Source: Chrysomallon squamiferum
Lineage: Eukaryota; Animalia; Mollusca
Assembly (NCBI GenBank): GCA_012295275.1
Contig: CM022674.1
Coordinates: forward strand, 10,602,001 to 10,666,000
Direction of reading: 5' to 3'
DNA length: 64,000 bases
In this document: piece after piece, positions 15,401 through 27,856 of the stretch
How the letters are laid out: each line of letters starts with the position of its first letter
Numbering within the stretch: the first letter of the stretch is position 1
Position numbers and translations under genes: made by a program
Notes under the pieces: model-generated
What the model was told of the DNA's origin: nothing
What the model saw: the letters and a program-made list of their open reading frames with translations, nothing else
Database searches by the model: none

Positions 15401-18400
15401 TGCTAAAATATGTTTGCTTCTCAGTAAATGGTTGGTCTAGTTAAATATTATTAAATCCTATAAATTGTTTTATGTTACAATACAATTCAGTGTAGTATGT
15501 GATATATTCTTTGTTTTCTTTGAAAGTAGAAATGTAAGAAATAAAAGGGTTACTAATATTACCTAAGGAAATAAAATTTATATTTAAATTTACCTTAATT
15601 TCACTGTACTTTGAAATGTACTTTTTTATTTGTAACACTACTTTCTGAAAACATGATTTATATTAATATTTTATGTGCAGTTAATTCAGAAATTCCCAGA
15701 GTTTAATAAACCTTTTGTTGCAAACATTATATTCCAAAATCATTTTTGATATTAATGTTATCTACATTAATTATATATACATTAATTCAGGATTTAGTAA
15801 CTTTCATAATAAACTTTTATAATTCAAGCTTTCTGTTCTTCATATTTTTCACATTATTAATATTAAAGTCTCCAGTGTTTTACCTAATGATACACTTTTT
15901 GTTTAGGTGGCACATTTCAAAGACTTCATTCCAAAAGCATTTGAGACTGGTGATGATTTAATTCTTGACTCAGAAGTTTTACTTGTAGATACAAACACAA
16001 GCAAACCTCTTCCTTTCGGAACTCTTGGCATTCATAAGGTAAAATATTTGTGCCCTTTTAATTTATAGAGACTAACTATAACCTGGAGGTGGAGGTGTTA
16101 AAGTAAGTTTAATGATTTTATGTGGACAAGTATTTAACTCTCCCATTTCAACTATGATTGCTTTATTTCTGTATGATGATTTCCTAACACAGGGAAGGTG
16201 CATGTAAAGTATGCCTTATGCTAGATGGTAAAAGTAAATATGATTTGATGTCACTGGGATTCATGTCAAAAAGAAATTTGCTTGATAAAGCTTTAAAGAT
16301 AATATATATATATATTTATGTTCATAGTTATGTAAATGTTATGTGAATTATTAATTGATAAGTAAATAAAATGAAACATTTTCATAAATTCAAATATTAT
16401 AAAAATCAGACTAATCTCTGTAAAAAGGGATCATTCAGTAAGTTTTTTTATTATTATTATAATGATCTCAATTGATGCATTTTACCTTAAATATTTCCAA
16501 ATCAATGTGAACCTTTTTTTTCCATAATAGATTTTATTTTTATATTTTTGAACTTGAACAAAGGGTAAAATGTTTAATTTGTTTATTTCAGAAAGCTGCA
16601 TTTAAGGATGCCAAAGTTTGTCTTTTCATTTTTGACTGTCTTCACATCAACGGACAAAACCTCATGGACAAGTAAAATTTAAAATTTAATAAAAACAGTA
16701 ATTGAAAACAAACGAACTCTAACTGTTCTTATGATCTTTTTTATTTAAATACTTATTACTATTAATATAAAATTTGAAAAAAATCACAGTGTAATTCAGT
16801 AATTTTTATCTGAACTTTTGTTGTTCCAGCTGAGCTTTCAGAAGTTTAGAATACACAAATTTTATTTCCTGCACAAGATTATTAATAATATTTGACAAAA
16901 CTTTGCTCTTATTATTCCAAAATTAAAAATTCTAAAATTTAAGGTTATACTGATTCAAGATGTTTTGCATAAGAATTTGTAGTTTATTTCATAATAAAGG
17001 GAGGATTTTTCTTAATTTGTGCCTTTTCTGTGTCATTGTTTAAATATATAAAAAATCTTCTTCTTTTTTTTGTTAGACCTTTGAAAAAAAGAAGATCTAT
17101 TTTACAACAAGAAATGAAGGAAATTCCAAACAGAATCATGTTTTCTGAATACAAACATGTCACAGTATGTTTCTTTATTTTATTAAATTTTACTAGTGTT
17201 CATTTATTTCTATTAAATTTTGTAAACTTCACACACACTCACACACAAACACTAATAATTATTAATGATAATAAAACATTACAAAATATGTCTCAAAAGA
17301 TGATTAAAAATGTCAAGAATGAAATTTGATATAGTCATATTTTTTTCAGTTTTGAAATTAATGATATTCTCATTAAAATAAAGGAAGAGTTAAGAAACTA
17401 GTTAATTAATTTGTGCTTCAAATTAAGAAATTGATAAGAATAATAAAATGAAGATAAAACATTTTGATTTGTATTTCAGAAACCAGAAGATCTTCAAGCG
17501 ATGATGAACAGAGTTTTCAGAGAGGGTTTAGAAGGTCTAGTTCTTAAAGATGTTAATGTATGTTTTATTTATTGCAATATATGATGTTAAATATGTTATT
17601 TTCTTTATTTATTTTCTTCTTTTTTTTTTGTTAATCTGAAGTATGAAATATAATGTTACTTAGTTATTACAGTATGTTTTTTTTATTTGTATTAATCTGA
17701 GTTAATCTTTTATAGTAATAATAAAAGTAAAGAATTTTTTTTTTTTTTATTGATACTACAAACCTTTGCTAATAATAAATGTCATAAAATAATTTGTAAT
17801 ACTTTAGGAGATGGAATTTTAAGATAACTAAATTCATGAAAAACAATTTATTGGTAGACTTCTTTGTACACTCTCCATGTAAAATCAGTTTAAATCTTCA
17901 GAAATGTTTTGTTTTGTTTCCAGGGTGTTTATGAGCCAGGCAAACGTCACTGGCTCAAAGTGAAGAAAGATTATCTTCATCAGGGCAGCATGGCCGATTC
18001 AGCAGATCTTGTTGTACTCGGAGGATACTTTGGAACAGGAAATAAAGGTAATTAGAAATGCAAAAAGGAACCAACTTTATTAACTTTTTAATAAATACAT
18101 CAATGCAATATTCTACTGTAAAACAATAATTACAGTAAATAAACTTGTGATTATGTTGGCAGGCTGGTTGCTCAAAATCTGCTCAAGGACTGTTGGTGTA
18201 ATAATGGTTATAATGTACTGTTTATGGGATGGTGCATGTAAAAGATGCATTACTGCTAAACAGATAAAGCCTCCTTTGTGGTGACAGCAGGTTTTCCTCC
18301 CTCTGATCATCTGAATTAAATATGTCTAAGTGATTCTTTATATAAAACATTTTCTTTGTTCCTGTCCAGGTGGGATTATGTCTGTGTTTCTGATGGGTGT

Positions 18401-18952
18401 GTATGACCCACACACAGAGAAGTTCTGTACTGTGACTAAGTGTGGAAGTGGAATTGATGATGACATGTTGGAGAAACTACAGAAAGATCTCAACATGGTG
18501 AAAATCAGCAAAGACTTCAAGAAAGTTCCGTCCTGGCTCAATATTAAAAAAGCTGTCACTCCAGATTTTGTTGTTGTTGACCCAAAGAAGGCCCCTGTGT
18601 GGGAAATAATTGGAGCAGAGTTCAGTCGGGCAGAGATTCACACAGCTGATGGCATTTCCATTCGGTTTCCACGGATACAAAAATTTAGAGATGATAAAAA
18701 TTGGGAAACTGCAACAGATCTTCCAAGATTAAAGGTTTGTGTGTATCTGTGTATGTTTATTTGTGCGTTAGCATGTTTCTGCATGTTTATATTTTTGTTA
18801 ATTGTAATAAACACTGAACTTTGTTTTTTTGGTGTAGTACATTTTGGTAATTATTGGAACAAATTCATACAAATATCATACATATAAAATAAATTCATAC
18901 ATATTATATAAACATAACTAAATCCACACACACAAGTACACACACACAAGCA

Positions 18953-19005
<53 letters not shown>

Positions 19006-21371
19006 ACAGTTCATGTAATAATGAAGCAGTTGTTAATATGTAAAGATGTAAATGTTCTTTTTTTTAGAAACTGTTTAAAGAATCAAAAGAAAAAACTGAT
19101 CTACTTTTCCCAGCTGGAGATGAAAATGGAAATTGTGATGACAATGAGCCTGGCAGTGATGAGAAGGATACAACATCATCATCATCGTCATCAACAACAA
19201 CAACAACTACACCAAAGAAAGCAAGGAAGAGATCAGCAGATGACACTTCTCCAGAATCAACACCAAAGAAAAAAGTAAAATTTGAGAATTTATTTTCTTG
19301 GAAACAGGATTTTTAAAATAATTATTAATATCATTATCATTAAGAGTAGCAATAACAGTAGCATTATTATCATTACATCATCATCATCATCATCATTATT
19401 ATTATTATTATTATTATCATCATCATTATCACCATCATAACAATTATTATTATTGCTATTATTATTATGTTTTCTTGTTATTATTCTTTTTGCTATTAAT
19501 AATAAAATTAAAATTTGTAATCTCTATTATTTATGTTCTCTTTAACTGGAATCAAAGCTTTGGTACAAATAAACTGATAGGTTTTTATTTTTATTTTTTT
19601 ATAATTGAAGATGATTTTCTGATGACATTTACCCATCTTGTGTTTTGAGAAGTAAAACATATTTTTATTTTTATAGATGTGTGCATATGGTGTGAAGTGT
19701 TACCAGACAAACCCAGCTCATATAGCTAATTTTGACCACCCTCCTGGATACACAGTCCCACAAAAAACACCAGAGGGCAGCACTAACAGCAAGGTAATTA
19801 GCATAACTGAATATTCATTGCTTAGAAATGAAAATAACTGTCAATTATGAATTTTAAGAGAATTGTAAAAGAGTTTTGGGATGGGTTTAACTTCCTTGTT
19901 CCCTTTCCACATCTTGCTATCAGACATAAGTAAAAACAGAACTGCAGTAATCTTAGTATTCTACTAATGAGTAAGTATACAGAAACCCTATGTAACATAA
20001 ATGTAAAAGATGAGAGGTTGCTTGTTATAATTTAACTGTTTATATTTTTGTTTTCTCTAACAGAAACTGCCTGATGTTTTTCACGGGTGCAAGATTCTTC
20101 TGCCAGCAGATACAGAAAAATACAAACAACTGAAGAGATACATTATAGCGTATCTTTTTTATATTTTATTAAATATAATAATAATAATAACAAAATTTAA
20201 AATAAATAAAATAGTTACTTAACAAAACTTTCAATAATAATAAAAATACTACTACTACTACTACTAATAATAATAATAATAGTTATAATATTAATAAATA
20301 TAATGATAATAATAGTAAAATTTAAAAGAAATAATTACTTAAAGAACTTTAATAATAATAATAAATAAAGTATGACAGTAAAATAATAATTTAAAAAGAA
20401 TTTAAAACTGCTATTTGGCCACTTCACATATAATAAAAAAAAATTGTAACAATACAGCAGTGATGTTAATTATTGATAAATGTTGGAATAAATAACAGAA
20501 CTGATTTAGTTAAATGTGTTAAAAATAAAATAATAAATTAAATACTGTGTCTGATACTGACAATTAAAATTTTATTTTTTTCTGCTCTGTTCATGGTTTT
20601 TGTTGGTTTTGGGGGTGTTTTTTTACTTAATAAGTATTTTTATGTTCAGCTTTCATTTTCTGTCTGTTATTTGTAAATGATTTGTATGAATTTTGTTTAC
20701 CATTAGTTAAGTTTATGTAAGTAAAAGTAAAAACTTAAAGAAAAAAATCTGAATAAAAATATCAAAAATATGATAATAAAGTAGAAATAAATTAAATTTT
20801 TTTAAAAATTGATTTTTCTTGGAATAGATATTTTCTACAGGTGTCAGTAATTTTTGTTCTGATTTTAACTTAACAAAAAAACAGATTTGATGGTGATCTT
20901 GTTCCAGAGTTTGACAAGAACGCAGCTACACACATTGTGATTTCAAAAGGAAAGGTTTGTCAAATTTGTTTTTAAATCTTAATTAACCAGGATATCGCTT
21001 TGAAGTTCAGTTTTCATTAATGAAGTGCCTGATGATATCTATCTCACAGAATTCAAAAAAAATATCCACTAAACCTTGCTTAGATTTTTTAAGAAAAATG
21101 TACCAATAATTTATAATACTAATTGTTACAAAAATGTTCCCAGTTTATAGAACCATCAAATAACTAACATTAAAATAAAGAATAAATTGAATAAAGAGAA
21201 TTTACAGACTTAAAAATATTTAATTTCTTCTTTTTTGATATATATTTTACAAATTCTCTGCAGACAACAGAAGAATTTTCAAATGGCAAGTCAAAGCTGG
21301 TGTCTGCCAGCTGGCTGTGGGACTGCATCAAGAAGAAAACTTTGATTTCAACCAAGTCCTATCAACCCTGA
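10352..21371 (+). CDS. LIG3: DNA ligase III (mitochondrial presequence, PARP-type ZnF, DBD, NTase, OB fold, PBZ, BRCT); apparent 1-nt frameshift at about 10738-10742
   Basis: Exons: 10352(second ATG 10583)-10867, 11248-11358, 11690-11857, 12282-12388, 12577-12621, 12834-12920, 13296-13375, 13960-14037, 14367-14529, 15009-15164, 15907-16038, 16592-16671, 17077-17164, 17480-17557, 17924-18047, 18370-18734, 19068-19274, 19677-19793, 20064-20149, 20885-20954, 21264-21371, all joined in phase. Motifs: [16 protein letters not shown]...[16 protein letters not shown] (LIG3 ZnF), active site [34 protein letters not shown], and BRCT LKRYIIAFDGDLV...WLWDCIKKK. Confidence 0.97.
11959..12127. mobile_element. 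Decayed palindromic MITE-like element in a LIG3 intron
   Basis: Nested inverted matches TATACACCA/TGGTGTATA, AAATCATAG/CTATGATTT, CCACT/AGTGG and ACTTTCA/TGAAAGT around an AT-rich centre. Confidence 0.5.
18160..18355 (+). mobile_element. Degenerate Nin-domain-type SINE remnant (a second, more decayed copy at about 16185-16265)
   Basis: GGGATGGTGCATGTAAAAGATGCATTACTGCTAA...GTGGTGACAGCAGGTTTTCCTCCCTCT resembles, from memory, the conserved core of Nin-type SINEs (GGGATGGTGCATATAAAAGATCCCTTGCTGCTAA...GGCGGCAGCGGGTTTCCTCT). Confidence 0.5.
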
Positions 21372-22935
21372 CCCCGGGATACACTGTGACAAAATAAAGT
21401 ACTTAAAAACAGCTATAACAGAGTTTCTTGATTTACTTTATAATTATTATTATTATTCATTTAATTGTTGTTTATTTCATTTTATAAATATAATATGTTT
21501 TTTTTTTTTTTGACTCTTTAAACCTAATTTTTTTAATTTGGTTTTATAGAGTGTCATTTTTTCTTTATAGATATAATTGTTTTATTTTATAGATATAACT
21601 GTTGTTTATTTTATTTTATCAGTTATTTTTTTTATTATTATTATTTCACTGTATTGATAAAATTGTTTATTTATACTTTATAGATATAATTTTTTTTAAA
21701 TTTTACTATACATATATTACTGTTTTAATTTTCTTTATAGATATAATTATTCTTTTATTTGCCTTTACAGATAATTATTATTTTTTTATATTTTATTTTA
21801 TTTTTTATGTATTACTTTACAGATGTAATTGTTTTTGTTTTTTTTACTTTAAAGGTATAATTTATTTTTTATATCTCTTTCTGGATATAATTAATTTTTT
21901 TTAATTTCACTTCTATATGAATAAAATTGAATACATGTGTGATTGTGCATATGTTTAAAATACTGACAAAACATCTATACTTATGATGAATATAATGTTG
22001 GTTAGAACAGTGTTGGCAACATCCATGTCCCTGTGTGGTGTCCATCTCTTCAACTCTGCCATCGAATATGTTTGGTTAATCTGGCTCAGTGAGCTTCTGT
22101 AATTTGTGTTTGGTTGCGTAACATTACATCATGTGAAAATAACAATGTTGCAGCAGTGCACATCATATTCTGTTTCAAAACCAACAATGTAATAATATTC
22201 TTTGACAGAATAATGGACCTAAAAAACAATCAGAAAACCAGTATCTGTTTTATCCTTTGACTTACAATTTATTTTAAACTGAATATAAATATTATATTTT
22301 TGTGTTTAATAAATATTGGAGATCTATGTAAATTATTCTCTTATGGTCAGCAATGTTGGAAGTTTCAAAGGTACAGTTGGAAAAAAAGTCTTCATCCTCA
22401 CTCCCAGTGAAAAACACCAAGACTGTTGTATACCTTGCTGCCGTACAAATTGTACAGTGACTTAAAATTGTAACTTTTATTGTTTACTCCAATAAATTGT
22501 TAACTCATTAAAATTAGTTTTTTTTATTTAAACCTTTGTGACATGGGCTGAAAGACCAAGCATCACTACATAGTAGCAAGCTTTAAATTCCAGCTGTTTC
22601 TTTTATTTTACTTTATAATAAAACTGCACTAGCAGAACAAAACAGAATATTTGTTTCTAGTCTCACATTAGACCTTAAACCAGAATATCAAAATGTAAAA
22701 AATTATTCCAAGAAGATAGGATGTTATGTTGAATTTATTTAAAATGTGATGTTGGTGATACAAAAAAATGGTCTATAAAAGTATTCATACAGATCATACT
22801 TGAGAAACTTTTTCAATTTTTTAAGATTTACCCAAATAGATTAATTTACTGTAATGAAATATTAATGTGTTACAAAATTTGTTCCACAAAAATATTTCTG
22901 TAGTAAGAATGCTGAAAGGATTTTGTTGAGAACAG

Positions 22936-24851
22936 TTTTGTGTTTGTTTTTCTTAATTCTAGACTAGATTGTTATGTTTGTTTCTCTTGTTTCTAGACTA
23001 GATTGTTGTGATTGTTTCTCTTATTTCTAGACTAGATTGTTGTGTTTTTTCTCTTGTTTCTAGACTAGATTGTTATGTTTGTTTCTCTTATTTCTAGACT
23101 AGATTGTTCTGTTTGTTTCTAGACTAGATTGTTGTGTTTTTTCTTACTTCTAGACTAGATTGTTGTGTTTCTTTCTCTTGTTTCTAGACTAGATTGTTGT
23201 GTTTCATTTTCTAACTTCTAGACTAGATTGTTATGTTTGTTTCTCTTGTTTCTAGACTAGATTGTTGTGTTTCTTTCTCTTGTTTCTAGACTAGATTGTT
23301 GTGTTTCATTTTCTAACTTCTAGACTAGATTGTTATGTTTGTTTCTCTTGTTTCTAGACTAGATTGTTGTGTTTGTTTTTCTTACTTCTAGACTAGATTG
23401 TTATGTTTGTTTCTCTTGTTTCTAGACTAGATTGTTGTGTTTGTATTTCTAACTTCTAGACTAGATTGTGGTGTTTGTTTCTCTTATTTCTAGACTAGAT
23501 TGTTGCGTTTGTTTCTCTTGTTTCTAGACTAGATTGTTGTGTTTGTTTCTGTTATGACTAGGCCAGATTGTTGTGTTTGTTTCTGTTATGACTAGGCCAG
23601 ATTGTTGTGTTTGTTTCTGTTATGACTAGGCCAGATTGTTGTGTTTGTTTCTGTTATGACTAGTCCAGATTGTTGTGTTTGTTTCTGTTATGACTAGATT
23701 GTTGTGTTTGTTTCTGTTATGACTAGGCCAGATTGTTGTGTTTGTTTCTGTTATGTCTAGGCCAGATTGTTGTGTTTGTTTCTGTTATGACTAGACTAGA
23801 TTGTTATGTTTGTTTCTCTTATTTCTAGACTAGATTGTTGTGTTTGTTTTTCTTGTTTCTAGACTAGATTGTTGTTTGTTTCTCTTGTTTCTACACTAGA
23901 TTGTTGTGTTCGTTTCTCTTATGACTAGACTAGATTGTTGTGTTTGTTTCTCTTATTTCTACACTAGATTGTTGTGTTTGTTTCTCTTATGACTAGGCTA
24001 GATTGTTGTGTTTGTTTCTCTTGTTTCTAAACTAGATTGTTGTGTTTGTTTTTCTTGTTTCTAGACTAGATTGTTGTGTTTGTTTCTGTTATGACTAGGC
24101 TAGATTGTTGTGTTTGTTTCTGTTATGACTAGGCTAGATTGTTGTGTTTGTTTCTCTTATTTCTAGACTAGATTGTTGTGTTTGTTTCTGTTATGACTAG
24201 GCTAGATTGTTGTGTTTGTTTCTCTTGTTTCTAGACTAGACTGTTGTGTTTGTTTCTGTTATGACTAGGCTAGATTGTTGTGTTTGTTTCTGTTATGACT
24301 AGACTAGATGTGTTTGTTTCTAGACTAGATTGTTGTGTTTGTTTCTCTTGTTTCTAGACTAGATTGTTGTGTTTGTTTCTCTTGTTTCTACACTAGATTG
24401 TTGTGTTTGTTTCTCTTATTTCTACACTAGATTGTTGTGTTTGTTCTCTTGTTTCTAGACTAGATTGTTTGTTTGTTTCTGTTATGACTAGACTAGATTG
24501 TTGTGTTTGTTTCTCTTGTTTCTAGACTAGATTGTTGTGTTTGTTTCTCTTATTTCTAGACTAGATTGTTGTGTTTGTTTCTTGTTTCTAGACTAGATTG
24601 TTGTTTGTTTCTTGTTGACTAGACTAGATTGTTGTGTTTGTTTCTCTTGTTTCTAGACTAGATTGTTGTGTTTGTTCTCTTGTTTCTAGACTAGATTGTT
24701 GTGTTTGTTTCTGTTATGACTAGCCTAGATTATTGTGTTTGTTCTCTTGTTTCTAGACTAGATTGTTGTGTTTGTTTGTTTGTTTCTAGACTAGATAGTT
24801 GTGTTTGTTTCTGTTATGACTAGCCTAGATTGTTGTGTTTGGATTTGTTTT
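22936..24851 (+). repeat. 34-bp-unit minisatellite (roughly 55 copies, two unit variants)
   Basis: Unit A TTTCTAGACTAGATTGTTGTGTTTGTTTCTCTTG; unit B GTTATGACTAGGCCAGATTGTTGTGTTTGTTTCT. Period 34 checked at 24351/24385 and 23551/23585. Confidence 0.97.
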
Positions 24852-25099
24852 TAATCCATGTCAGTTTGACTTGTTTTGTTCATTTTGTCATGTCATATTG
24901 ATCTCACAATCACAAAAAATCTCTTCTATGATGCTTCTGTAGTTTCCAGTGTTTTATTGATTCACAAACTGAAAACCAGGATGTCTGCAGTGATGTTTCA
25001 TCGATCTCGCATTGTTCTGTTTTTTTTTTATCTTTGACTAATAAAATGTTTGTGCTACCAAGTGATTAATCTTTCTTTTTTAAAATTGATTTTATTTTG

Positions 25100-25137
<38 letters not shown>

Positions 25138-26619
25138 ACACATGCTCAGAAACCCATAAACAGACATTAAATTTTATTATATATAAATTCTGAACAGCCA
25201 TTATAGGTTCATTTGTATATGTCTGTTTATATGTGTGTTGGGTGTATGTGTGTTATAAAAAATAACAAACACCATAATGTACTGAATAAAGTTTTAACAC
25301 AAAAGTGCGTACACAGCAATTTAATACATTATTTTCACATTAACGTTTCATAAAAAAAGAGAACATTTGCTGAATGTTACACCTCAGTCCCTGTGTTACA
25401 AATAAATAAATATTAAATGACCATAAAAAAGTAATTTGTAAAACACGATCAACACAGCAAACAAGATATCAAAAAAATAATAATAAATAAAAAAGATAAT
25501 AGCAATAATGATAATAATAATAATAATATCAATAATAATAAATTAATAATTATGAAAATGTAATAGCAATTAGTTTTCTTGTTCATATTAGAAAAAATTA
25601 ACTGGATAAAAAAATATAATAATAAGTGAATTTTAAAAATGATAAATATTAATTTATTATTAGACCTTTTAAAAATACATTATTTGCACATACAAAACAG
25701 ATAATCAATATAATTTATTTGTGGTTCAGTATATAAAAATAAGTAACTGAAGCAAAATCACAACGTAATGTAAAAGGTAACTGCAGAAGACCTTAATTTA
25801 AAAAACTTCAAAAATATTAAAGCTGTAATTTAAAAATGTCAACAATAAAATGAAAAGTTTCATGGCAAAATGCTAATATATATATATATATAAACTTGAA
25901 ATTTAACTGAACAAATTGATAAAAAGTAGAAATCTATTTTTTTGAAACAAACAAAACATTATGCTTAACAAAAATATAAAAATTACTTTCAAACAACAAA
26001 AAACTTGGACGGATTGACAGTGAACTAACTGGCAGAAACCCTGGAAACACAAAATCACCTTAGTATGGATGGAACAAAAAAGAACACAGATAGCAAATGT
26101 TATAAAAAATTATTAAAATTATTAATCTTTTAAAATAAAATCCTGGACGGAAAATGTGTATACTATGATAAATCACACTAATGAAATTTAAAATTATCAC
26201 AAAAGTCTACTAAGTCATAAATAACAGCATTATAACAAGCAAGGAGAAGATGTATTTTAAAATCTGTTTCAAATAATTAATATTTTTATAACAGTGATAA
26301 AAGTAGTTTTTTGTGAGTTATAAATACATGTCATGAAAATGGTATGTGAATGATTAAGTCTTCAAATATTTTTATAATCTTGACGTTTGGCAAGTCTAGA
26401 TAGATATTTACAAAATTCATTCTGAAAATGAACATGGTTTAAAATTTGAAATGCATTTAAGCAAATATTAATATATTTTTGTCAGTTTAAGAATCAAAAT
26501 ACAAAGGTATGTACTGTTCTGTGCATTAATTAATCTACTGGCTTTGATAAGCAACTTCTAATTTGTCATGTTTTCAGTTAATAAATGTAACTTTCATTAT
26601 AAAACATTTTTAAAGTTGC

Positions 26620-26966
26620 CTGATGTATTATGACCATCCACATATAATTTTATATACTTCCATTTGATTAGTTCATTTAACTAATCTTTACTGATAATAA
26701 GTCATGAGAATAAACTAACAAATTTCACACACAGAATGTAAATAGACTCTGACAGATTAGTTACTCGTCTGTCAGGGATTATCTATGTTTCTGTGTGTGA
26801 AATTGTGATGTGAAAATATAAAAAATATCAGTTTCCTTGCTTGTGAGTTATTTATATAATTAGTTTGTTTTATAATTTATGATCATCAAAGGTTAATGTA
26901 CAGCATTATTAAAGGTAAAATTCTAGGAAGTATATAAATAAATTTAGGCTGGTTTATACTGTCAGA
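26620..26966. mobile_element. Decayed fold-back/MITE-like palindrome
   Basis: Inverted pairs AATTTCACACACAGAA/TTCTGTGTGTGAAATT, CTGACAGA/TCTGTCAG and TTATATACTTCC/GGAAGTATATAA around a centre at about 26762. Confidence 0.55.
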
Positions 26967-27804
26967 TCTATTTTAACATTGTAGGATAAAAAGTCTATAA
27001 CAAATTTAACTGTGGGGTGTGAACCATCCACTTCTGTAAGGATGAAGGATTACAAACACATAAATATAGTGAGACAAGATCGTATTGTTAAAAATCTGTA
27101 ACAAATTTCTTTTTTTTTTTTGGTGAATCATTCATCTAAGAAAACTAATGGAAGAATTACAATTAACACAGACATAGCACTAGTTCATATTTAAACAATC
27201 AACATTTCAACATTTTGTGTTACCCATAAACAGTGGTATTATTTTATTTACAACAACAGCCAATGATAAGCATATTATAATTAATTTAACACTAGCAAAT
27301 ACAACAGCAAATATACACAACTCTGGAATGTTATATATTAACAGTTTATGTACATTAACAATGTATATTAACAAAACATCTATATTACTTGTAATATAGC
27401 AATAATTTAACCAGATCTAATTTCCAAATTAAAAATTATTCAAATGTTTTCGTGAAATTAATTTAATTTCATATTCAGTAATCAAAATGATAAATTTATT
27501 GTATCAATGAAAAATGTGAATTTATAATCCTCACAAAATGCTGATGTAAATAAAAGATTTAAAACCCATAAAAGTTCTTTAATATCAGTTTCCATATTCT
27601 CAAATTAATTTCACTGATAAATTTTTCTCTTTAATAAAACAGTTTTGTTTGTAAATGTGAAACAAATGAAGAGAAAGAAAAAAGAAAACAGTTCAGATCT
27701 TGGACAGACTGATAGTAAAAGTTAGAAATGAGAAAGAAAGAAATTGTCAGAAATATATAACAACATTTTTTTTTGTCTGTATGCATAGTTGTGTACCTAG
27801 TGTA

Positions 27805-27856
<52 letters not shown>

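Noticed and set aside
16170-16265. Possible intronic C/D snoRNA (ATGATGA)
   Set aside because: No well-placed D box or terminal stem; better explained as a decayed SINE fragment.
10346-21371. LIG3 as a pseudogene or programmed-frameshift gene
   Set aside because: There is one lesion only, in a homopolymer; all other exons, splice sites and catalytic motifs are intact, and there is no canonical slippery site.
22936-24851. CRISPR-like array (regular ~34-bp period with a palindromic core)
   Set aside because: Units are contiguous with no unique spacers, there are no cas genes, and the context is eukaryotic; it is a minisatellite.
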